Shown piece after piece: positions 1 through 6,279 of a stretch of DNA of 10,670 bases; within the stretch, counting starts at the first letter, position 1; each line of letters opens with the position of its first letter. Made by a program: the position numbers and the translations under genes. Under the pieces are notes generated by a model. It saw only the letters and a program-made list of their open reading frames with translations, had not been told where the DNA came from and did not search any database. Source of the DNA: Methanobacteriota archaeon (GTDB lineage Archaea > Thermoplasmatota > Poseidoniia > Poseidoniales > Poseidoniaceae); the NCBI GenBank assembly GCA_018650165.1, contig JABIGM010000004.1, positions 1 to 10,670 on the forward strand, given 5' to 3'.

Positions 1-15
1 ACAACAAGTTGCTAC

Positions 16-927
16 TTATCTTAATCCAGCAGCTTTCAGGCTTGCAAGTAAAACTTGGCCTAGTTCACTAGGGTCTCTTGCACATGCAATACCTGCTGCT
101 TCAAATGCTTCGAATTTCTCTTCAGCAGTTCCTTTGCCACCTGAAATGATAGCGCCAGCATGACCCATTCTTTTGCCGGGTGGTGCTGTTGCTCCTGCTA
201 CGAATCCAACAATTGGTTTTGAACAGTTTTCTTTAGCCCATGCAGCAGCTTCTTGCTCCGCATTACCTCCGATTTCACCGATCATGACGATTGCTTCGGT
301 TTGAGGATCATCTTCGAATGCAGATAAGCACTCGATAAATCCAGTTCCATTTACTGGGTCTCCACCGATTCCAATACAAGTTGATTGACCTTCATCAATA
401 CTCATTGTTTGGGCTACAGCCTCGTAAGTTAAAGTTCCAGATTTAGAAACAATACCAATTCGACCTTTGGCATGGATATGACCTGGCATAATCCCAAGTT
501 TTGCTCCACCTGTTTCTCCAGGAGTTATGATTCCAGGACAATTTGGACCAATTAAACGTACATTTGGACGGTTTGCCACATAGGCAGCGGCAGTTACCAT
601 GTCAAGGGTGGGGATACCTTCTGTAATACAGATAATAACTCCAGTACCCTTTACAGTTTCAAAAGCATTTGCAGCTTCAATAATCGCTTCTCCTGCAAAT
701 GGTGGTGGGACATAGATTACAGTTGCATCAGCATCAGTTTCAGTAATTGCATCAACCATACTATTGAACACTGGAACTCCGAGAACTTCTTGGCCACCCT
801 TTCCAGGTGTGACCCCACCTACTAGGTTGGTACCATATTCGACCATTTTTCCAGCATGGAACATACCTTGCTTTCCTGTGATTCCTTGAACTAGAACTTT
901 TGCATCTTCTTCAATCCATATAGCCAT
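16..927 (-). CDS. sucD: Succinyl-CoA synthetase alpha subunit (~303 aa)
   Basis: CoA-binding Rossmann start [11 protein letters not shown], then [46 protein letters not shown] and the phospho-His motif RMGHAGA. Start moved to the ATG at 927 (MAIWIEE), which lies 1 nt after the sucC stop and has an SD-like GGAGGCGGTGA upstream. Confidence 0.97.
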   Translation of the reverse strand: MAIWIEEDAKVLVQGITGKQGMFHAGKMVEYGTNLVGGVTPGKGGQEVLGVPVFNSMVDAITETDADATVIYVPPPFAGEAIIEAANAFETVKGTGVIICITEGIPTLDMVTAAAYVANRPNVRLIGPNCPGIITPGETGGAKLGIMPGHIHAKGRIGIVSKSGTLTYEAVAQTMSIDEGQSTCIGIGGDPVNGTGFIECLSAFEDDPQTEAIVMIGEIGGNAEQEAAAWAKENCSKPIVGFVAGATAPPGKRMGHAGAIISGGKGTAEEKFEAFEAAGIACARDPSELGQVLLASLKAAGLR

Positions 928-928
928 T

Positions 929-2137
929 TCACTCACCGCCTCCAATAAGAGATACAATTTTCTGCGCACCATCTGCTAAGTCATCAGCAGGGTGTATGTT
1001 GAGGTTTGATGCAGCAAGTATTGCTTTCCCTTCATCGACATTTGTTCCCGCTAGTCTAACAACTAGCGGAACATCTAGTCCAAGAGATTCAGTTGCACCA
1101 ATCACTCCTCTTGCGATAATATCGCAGCGCATGATTCCACCAAAAATGTTGACTAAGATACCTTTCACTTTAGGATCTTCAAGAATAATCGAGAATGCGA
1201 TTTTAACTTGTTCTTCATCAGCACCGCCACCGACATCGAGGAAATTAGCAGGCTCTCCACCATACAGTTTGATGACATCCATTGTTGCCATTGCCAAGCC
1301 GGCTCCATTAACAAGGCAGCCAATATTTCCATCGAGTTTGACATAAGATAGGCCAGTTTCTTTAGCTCTAATCTCTACATCTTCTTCTTCAGATAAATCA
1401 CGAAGTTCATCCCAACTTTTGTGGCGGAACTCTGCATTTTCATCAAAACTAATTTTTGAGTCTAGAGCAACGATTTCGTCATTTTCGGTCTTGACTAAAG
1501 GGTTAATTTCGACCATTGCACAATCTTCTGCAATGAACATATCATACATGCGACCTAGCATTTTGAAGAAGGACTTCAAAGCAGTACCAGATAGGCCTAG
1601 AGCCATTCCAAGGTCTCTCTTTTGGAATCCAAGTAGGCCCGCATTTGGGTCTACATTGATTTTGTGGATGCGTTCGGGAGTGTTGTGCGCAACATCTTCA
1701 ATATCCATTCCACCTTCTGTAGATGCCATGATTAGAACCGACTTGTCTTCACGGTCAACCAGAAGCGCAAGATAGTATTCATGCGCAATTGCACAGCCCG
1801 ATTCAACATACAAATTGTTGACAAGTTTCCCCTCATCTCCTGTTTGAATAGTGACTAGAATATTTCCTAGAATATTTGTTGCATACGTTTCAACCTCTTC
1901 ACGAGAAAATGCAATTTTAACTCCACCTTGCATTACCTCTTCACGAGTCTGCGGATTCAACATTGTACCTTTTCCACGCCCACCTGCATGTATCTGGCTT
2001 TTGACTGCAACAACCTTTGACCCTAATGAATCATAGGCTGCCAGTGCCTCTTCTATGCTAGTACAGTGTACGCCTTCAAGAACAGGTACTCCAGCTGCTT
2101 TAAGCAAGGCTTTTCCTTGATACTCGTGAATATTCAT
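929..2137 (-). CDS. sucC: Succinyl-CoA synthetase beta subunit (~402 aa)
   Basis: Canonical N-terminus [12 protein letters not shown]-grasp motif [66 protein letters not shown] and [10 protein letters not shown]. Start set at ATG 2137 rather than the upstream TTG. Confidence 0.97.
   Translation of the reverse strand: MNIHEYQGKALLKAAGVPVLEGVHCTSIEEALAAYDSLGSKVVAVKSQIHAGGRGKGTMLNPQTREEVMQGGVKIAFSREEVETYATNILGNILVTIQTGDEGKLVNNLYVESGCAIAHEYYLALLVDREDKSVLIMASTEGGMDIEDVAHNTPERIHKINVDPNAGLLGFQKRDLGMALGLSGTALKSFFKMLGRMYDMFIAEDCAMVEINPLVKTENDEIVALDSKISFDENAEFRHKSWDELRDLSEEEDVEIRAKETGLSYVKLDGNIGCLVNGAGLAMATMDVIKLYGGEPANFLDVGGGADEEQVKIAFSIILEDPKVKGILVNIFGGIMRCDIIARGVIGATESLGLDVPLVVRLAGTNVDEGKAILAASNLNIHPADDLADGAQKIVSLIGGGE
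933..943 (-). promoter_or_regulatory. Shine-Dalgarno-like site for sucD (GGAGGCGGTGA), inside the last codons of sucC
   Basis: Minus strand reads GGAGGCGGTGA-GTGAA-ATG. GGTGA sits 5 nt before the ATG and matches the archaeal GGAGGTGA consensus. Consistent with translational coupling of sucC and sucD. Confidence 0.65.
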
Positions 2138-2241
2138 GTTTCTCCCCAACCCCCTCGACCTAAAGCCCCTCCTTGAATGATGCGCTGTAATTGTGCCGGG
2201 TTCACGATGCGTTCAATAGACAAGTTAGGTTCGCACGTATC
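2138..2241. promoter_or_regulatory. Divergent promoter region between sucC and the nucleotidyltransferase
   Basis: 104-nt non-coding gap between head-to-head starts. TATA-like CTTTAG (minus, 2160-2165) is at -28..-23 from the sucC ATG, and TTCAAT (plus, 2212-2217) is at -30..-25 from ATG 2242. Confidence 0.5.
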
Positions 2242-3213
2242 ATGCAGGTAGTCGTTCTAGCAGGCGGAATTGGTTCACGCCTGCGCCCATGGACAAACGA
2301 TATTCCAAAACCGCTGTTACCAATGCTCGATTTAACTTTATTAGAGCGAGTAATAGAGGGCGTCCCCTCAGATTTAGTGGATGAACTCATCGTTGCAGGT
2401 GGGTACAAAATCGATCTCATCAAGGATTACTTTAGAAAATCTGATGTAGATTTTGATGTAAGAATAGTTCCCGAAGATGAACCTCTTGGAACCGGAGGGG
2501 CTCTTGGAAATTGTCGAGACGTAGTTTCAGGTAGATTTGCCTGTTTCAATGGAGATATCGTATCTTCACTGAATGTGGCGCCTATGCTTGAACAGCACTC
2601 TAAAATGGGCGTTAAAGGAACTCTTGCACTCTGGGAAGTGGAAGACCCAACACGATTTGGAATCGTAGGTTTGGATGACGATAATAGGGTCACACAATTC
2701 AAAGAAAAACCAAAGCCTGAAGAAGTATTTTCCAATCTAATAAATGCAGGGTCCTATCTTCTAGAAGAAGAGGTGTTTGAAATCATGCCCAAAGGTAAAC
2801 ATAGCCTTGAGCGAGATGTATTTCCGGTACTCGCAGAGGAAGGAAGTTTGGCTGGATTTCCCTTTGAAGGATACTTTATCGATGCTGGAACTCCAACGAG
2901 TTGGCACGACGGAGTGCTTCGATGTATAGAAGAAAAACGGTACGCAAAAGGGTCAGTTTCTCAGGGCTCCTGGCATGAAGGAAGGCGCACGATTGCAAAA
3001 AATTCAATGGTTCAGGATGGTTGTGTTGTCGCAGGTGAAGTCAATAACTCAACACTACTTAGAGGCGCTCGAATTGAATCAGGTGCTACAGTGAATAATT
3101 GTTTGATTGGTGAAGGGGCAATAATTGGTAGAGATTCACAATTATCAGGAATTATTGTCGGCCATCGGGCGGTTGTCCCTCCTGGCCATATTCAAAGCGA
3201 AGGTACATTTTGA
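2242..3213 (+). CDS. Sugar-1-phosphate nucleotidyltransferase (mannose-1-phosphate guanylyltransferase-like, GCD1 family) with a C-terminal left-handed beta-helix (~323 aa)
   Basis: VVVLAGGIGSRLRPWT..IPKPLLP signature, EPLGTGGA, FNGDI, FKEKP, INAGSYLL and YFIDAGTP, followed by hexapeptide-like repeats (IESGATVNNCLIGEGAIIG). The start ATG 2242 gives the canonical MQVVVLAGG. Substrate specificity cannot be determined from the sequence. Confidence 0.9.
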   Translation: MQVVVLAGGIGSRLRPWTNDIPKPLLPMLDLTLLERVIEGVPSDLVDELIVAGGYKIDLIKDYFRKSDVDFDVRIVPEDEPLGTGGALGNCRDVVSGRFACFNGDIVSSLNVAPMLEQHSKMGVKGTLALWEVEDPTRFGIVGLDDDNRVTQFKEKPKPEEVFSNLINAGSYLLEEEVFEIMPKGKHSLERDVFPVLAEEGSLAGFPFEGYFIDAGTPTSWHDGVLRCIEEKRYAKGSVSQGSWHEGRRTIAKNSMVQDGCVVAGEVNNSTLLRGARIESGATVNNCLIGEGAIIGRDSQLSGIIVGHRAVVPPGHIQSEGTF

Positions 3214-3252
3214 ATCGCAGTCTCCAAAAAGGAGTTGCATAGTCGCTTAGAT

Positions 3253-3912
3253 ATGGAAGCGCCATTAGTAGTCGTCAATTTCAAGACATATACATCTGCA
3301 TTAGCTAGTACTGCAGAAAAATTGGGTATGCAAATGGCCGATGTTCCAACCAATGCTAGAATGGTTGCAGTAACGAGTGCTTTCGACTTGTCTAGTGTAA
3401 GTTCAATCGCTGGTCTTGAAGTTTGGTCACAGCACCTTGATCCAGTTGGACAAGGGTCCTTTACCGGCTGGCTTGAGCCTGAGACAGCAATTGCACGAGG
3501 TGCTTCTGGAACTATTATCAATCATGCTGAGCACAAGGTTTCCTTGGACCATGTGCGAGAATTAATGGCAATGCTTCCCGAAGGATTCCCGATTTGCGCT
3601 TGTGCAGCAGATGTTGAAGAGGCACGTGCGCTTGCTAAATTGGGTCCGACTTTTATCGCAGTAGAACCTCCTGAATTAATTGGAGGGGACATTTCTGTAA
3701 CTACTGCAGACCCTTCTATCGTTAGCGATACGGTTTCTGCAGTAAAAGAAGTCAACCCAAATGTAAGAGTTCTGTGTGGTGCAGGGGTAAAGAATGGACA
3801 AGATGTTGCAACAGCAATTTCTCTTGGTGCAGAAGGTGTTCTTCTAGCGAGTGGTGTAACCAAAGCAAACGATCCCGCTGCAGTTCTAGCAGACCTTGTT
3901 TCTCAACTGTGA
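3253..3912 (+). CDS. tpiA: Triosephosphate isomerase, short archaeal type (~219 aa)
   Basis: VVVNFKTY (catalytic Lys), INHAEH (catalytic His), AVEPPELIGG (catalytic Glu), LCGAGV and GVLLASGVTKA. Length and motifs are those of archaeal TIM. The start is ATG 3253; TTG 3235 is the alternative. Confidence 0.96.
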   Translation: MEAPLVVVNFKTYTSALASTAEKLGMQMADVPTNARMVAVTSAFDLSSVSSIAGLEVWSQHLDPVGQGSFTGWLEPETAIARGASGTIINHAEHKVSLDHVRELMAMLPEGFPICACAADVEEARALAKLGPTFIAVEPPELIGGDISVTTADPSIVSDTVSAVKEVNPNVRVLCGAGVKNGQDVATAISLGAEGVLLASGVTKANDPAAVLADLVSQL

Positions 3913-4878
3913 AGCCTTTGCCATTTCAAGGGCAGATTGCTCCAAACTAGCCCGTACCAAATCCTCTCCCCCTGGGCAAGTATCTCTATGACCGCACCCA
4001 TTGCAGATTCGCTTACTACTTGCGAGAGGAATTTGAGATAAATCACAAGATGGGCCAAGACGTTCATGCAAATCTATCATTGCGCCCATATCACGGTAAA
4101 TCATTTTCATAGCATCATCCACAAGCGTTTGGTTTGCTCTTTCTGCCCACCGGTTCCATTTACCTCTGCTCCATGATAGGTTTTCTACAATGTATCTTTC
4201 AGAATTTTCAGGAAGCCCATTCATCATTTTTCCCCAAACTACCATTGCCATGTGCTCTAATCGGTTTTCATCTCTCATAGTAACAGAACCCTGTACTGAA
4301 AAACGTAATAGATGCCACGTTGAACCACTTTTCCAAACTATATCTGGTGAAAGATGAACGTCTATATTATCCATTTTTGTTTTTTCTAATCTTGAAAATA
4401 TATTCCATTCACTAATCTTTCCTTGAACAATATCAACAATTGGTTTACATTTCATGACCGAATGATAACGGTGACAAGCGATTTCAACTAATCTATCGAG
4501 TCGATCTATTTGCATTATATCCCGTAAATTACTACGTTTACCAGTTCTTGACTCAATAACATCAACCACACTATTTTGACGTAACATTGCTCCAATTATT
4601 CGATGACGTATCTTTGAAGCCAGATCTTTTTCAATCCACACACTATTCTTCAAAAGTGTTTCAAATCGTTCTATAATTACTCCGCGTAAAGCTCTCTGCA
4701 TCAATCGCCAAGGAGCAGACCAATCAGAAATATTTCGTAGATGTTTATTGAAACCGCTTCGCCGTTTACTGAATCCATATCTCAAAACCCATGCCCGTGG
4801 GCAGCGATTCATTAGCGTTCTACGACTTACAGACCAAATTTTTGGGCGATTGGCCCATTGTATCTTATTAGCACTCAT
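3886..4878 (-). CDS. PD-(D/E)XK superfamily protein of the AddB/Cas4-like Fe-S staple type, probably nuclease-inactive (~330 aa)
   Basis: N-terminal WSVSR..LMNRCPRAW resembles the S.S.l..f..CPr.y motif, and C-terminal CNGCGHRDTC is a CxxCx5C, giving 1+3 Cys. Central PDIVW is followed by a hydrophobic strand ending in RFS where D/E-x-K is expected. The stop overlaps the tpiA 3' end by 27 nt. Confidence 0.7.
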   Translation of the reverse strand: MSANKIQWANRPKIWSVSRRTLMNRCPRAWVLRYGFSKRRSGFNKHLRNISDWSAPWRLMQRALRGVIIERFETLLKNSVWIEKDLASKIRHRIIGAMLRQNSVVDVIESRTGKRSNLRDIMQIDRLDRLVEIACHRYHSVMKCKPIVDIVQGKISEWNIFSRLEKTKMDNIDVHLSPDIVWKSGSTWHLLRFSVQGSVTMRDENRLEHMAMVVWGKMMNGLPENSERYIVENLSWSRGKWNRWAERANQTLVDDAMKMIYRDMGAMIDLHERLGPSCDLSQIPLASSKRICNGCGHRDTCPGGEDLVRASLEQSALEMAKASQLRNKVC

Positions 4879-4957
4879 CAAATACTTGGCATATCCTCAA
4901 TCAATGTCAAACCTTCGTAGGCAGTACTTATGAGGAATAACTGAAGTGATTCAATTA

Positions 4958-5737
4958 TCAAATTTCTGTTCGCTCTTTACAAGATGGACAGCGTACTGCA
5001 CCTGAAAATCCTACTGGGACTTTGAAGTCAGCATCACAATGCGGGCATGAATAAGTTACCTTGCCTCCACTGCTACTGCCGCTACTGCCGCTACTGCTGC
5101 TGTTGGATGAACCATTACCGACTATTCTCTGTATTGTTCCCGGCCATCCTGTTTTCATTTCTTCAGAAGGTAGGAATAATGGGATTGCAGTTATCATCAA
5201 ACACATGCTTGAACACATTAGAGACCAAGAAATCGGAAGGCTGCCATCTAGTCCAATTGAAAGCGGACTCCATTCATCGTGATATATTATAGAAAATGTA
5301 CCGGAGACTAATAGCACTCCAAGTGTCATGATTGGGCCATTTCTGTATCCCATCGTAGTTATTGCACCACCAAAAATGAATGAAATACCAATCATCCAAG
5401 CAAGGAATGATTCCAAGATAAACACTTGTTCATCAATTACAGAGAAAAACATCGCCATTCCAATTCTGAAAATACCGTACAATATTATGAATATACCAAA
5501 AGTTTGGGCCACACCAGTGTTATTAGAATTAGTAATTTGAATGATTTGAGGTTGCATTTGCTGCATTTGAGGTACTGAGATTTGCTGAGGTACTGAGATC
5601 TGCTGAGGTACTGGAGCGTTCCCTTCATCATTCTCCATTAAGCGAATAACAACTTCAGCTTTTGTTCCACTGACTCTTAGTCCTCTTTCCTTGCAAATTG
5701 TTTTGAGTTTCAAAACAGTCAATGAGTCGTAGTCCAT
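4958..5737 (-). CDS. Membrane protein with an N-terminal SAP (helix-extended-helix) domain, a Q/P-rich linker, ~4 TM helices, a Ser/Gly linker and a C-terminal zinc ribbon (~259 aa)
   Basis: YDSLTVLKLKTICKERGLRVSGTKAEVVIRL matches the SAP consensus (y..ltv..Lk..lk.rgL..sG.K.eli.Rl). There are four hydrophobic segments at aa ~86-110, 115-140, 144-162 and 177-200, and CPHC-x15-CPSC at the C-terminus. The start is probably ATG 5737 (MDYDSL). Confidence 0.8.
   Translation of the reverse strand: MDYDSLTVLKLKTICKERGLRVSGTKAEVVIRLMENDEGNAPVPQQISVPQQISVPQMQQMQPQIIQITNSNNTGVAQTFGIFIILYGIFRIGMAMFFSVIDEQVFILESFLAWMIGISFIFGGAITTMGYRNGPIMTLGVLLVSGTFSIIYHDEWSPLSIGLDGSLPISWSLMCSSMCLMITAIPLFLPSEEMKTGWPGTIQRIVGNGSSNSSSSGSSGSSSGGKVTYSCPHCDADFKVPVGFSGAVRCPSCKERTEI
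5072..5098 (+). repeat. 9-bp in-frame tandem repeat, 3 copies (GCTACTGCC x2, GCTACTGCT), encoding the Ser/Gly linker
   Basis: Read directly from the sequence: gctactgcc gctactgcc gctactgct. It encodes part of SSSSGSSGSSSGG on the minus strand. Confidence 0.9.
5568..5613 (+). repeat. 18-bp in-frame tandem repeat, ~2.5 copies, encoding (V)PQQIS repeats
   Basis: tgaggtactgagatttgc / tgaggtactgagatctgc / tgaggtactg, with one mismatch between the full copies. It gives VPQQISVPQQISVPQ. Confidence 0.92.
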
Positions 5738-5910
5738 GTTAACCAATAATCTCATTTGATACTTCAAGGTTTAGCCGGTATTGGTAAAACTCGGTTTAAT
5801 CCTAGGAAAATATAGTTCAACAGAGATATGATTTACATCTAGCATTATTTTTATTCAGGATTAAAAGGATAATAGTAAAGGATTTTAGTCTATTTTGAAT
5901 TCGAATTGAT
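5738..5910. promoter_or_regulatory. AT-rich divergent promoter region between the SAP gene and the TM2 gene
   Basis: Visibly AT-rich non-coding gap. TATA-like CTTGAA (minus, 5763-5768) is at -31..-26 and TTTTAG (plus, 5883-5888) is at -28..-23. It also contains a 9-bp inverted repeat (5795-5803 / 5857-5865) and the palindrome AATTCGAATT (5898-5907). Confidence 0.5.
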
Positions 5911-6192
5911 ATGCAAAGTCAACAGGGGCAGCCTCAAGCAGTTCAATATCAACAAATCATTGTCAATCGTGAAGCAAAAAGTAGAGTTGTTGCAGGTATT
6001 TTTGGAATTCTACTGGGCGGACTTGGGATTCATCGATTCTATTTGGGATATGTCGGGATCGGAATCGCACAAATTTTTGTGACCATATTTACATTAGGCC
6101 TTGGAGGCTTATGGGGATTTATAGAGGGTATTCTAATTCTAGTTAAGTCTGGTATTTTGGTAGATGCTTATGGCATTCCATTGGCTGATTAA
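5911..6192 (+). CDS. Small TM2-domain membrane protein (93 aa)
   Basis: KSRVVAGIFGILLGGLGIHRFYLG is the TM2 signature (Ks...A.ll..flG..G.HrFYlG), followed by a second TM (IFVTIFTLGLGGLWGFIEGI) and a D..G..L tail. The N-terminus is Gln-rich. Confidence 0.92.
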   Translation: MQSQQGQPQAVQYQQIIVNREAKSRVVAGIFGILLGGLGIHRFYLGYVGIGIAQIFVTIFTLGLGGLWGFIEGILILVKSGILVDAYGIPLAD

Positions 6193-6230
6193 CAACGCTT
6201 CAATGGCACACTTCCGAACATTTGAGAATT

Positions 6231-6274
6231 GATATCCGTATAGGTATACAGATATCTTTCTACCTTTTTAGTTT
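6231..6274 (+). terminator. 26-bp near-perfect palindrome followed by a T-rich tract; candidate terminator for the TM2 gene, or a protein-binding site
   Basis: GATATC-C-GTATA-GG-TATAC-A-GATATC (6231-6256) pairs at 11 of 12 positions and is followed by TTTCTACCTTTTTAGTTT. It lies between the convergent TM2 and DCC genes. Confidence 0.5.
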
Positions 6275-6279
6275 GATAT

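Noticed and set aside
996-2036. Plus-strand ORFs 996-1346, 1419-1775 and 1851-2036
   Set aside because: They lie antisense within the well-supported sucC, have Ser/Pro/Thr-rich shadow composition and contain no motifs.
2202-3863. Minus-strand ORFs 2202-2423, 2427-2735, 3192-3521 and 3522-3863
   Set aside because: They are antisense shadows of the nucleotidyltransferase and tpiA.
3886-4878. Calling the PD-(D/E)XK-like gene cas4, or evidence of a CRISPR-Cas system or casposon
   Set aside because: No repeat-spacer array, cas1, cas2, polB or terminal inverted repeats are present. The protein is longer than typical Cas4 and lacks the catalytic motif.
4748-5540. Plus-strand ORFs 4748-4933, 5047-5292, 5061-5282 and 5328-5540, including an apparent Cys-rich CYCRYCRYCCC and a poly-Leu stretch
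   Set aside because: The striking Cys- and Leu-rich runs are just other-frame readings of the 9-bp Ser/Gly repeat on the opposite strand of the SAP gene.
5568-5613. The 18-bp repeat as a mini-CRISPR or iteron
   Set aside because: The units are contiguous without spacers and lie in frame inside a coding linker.
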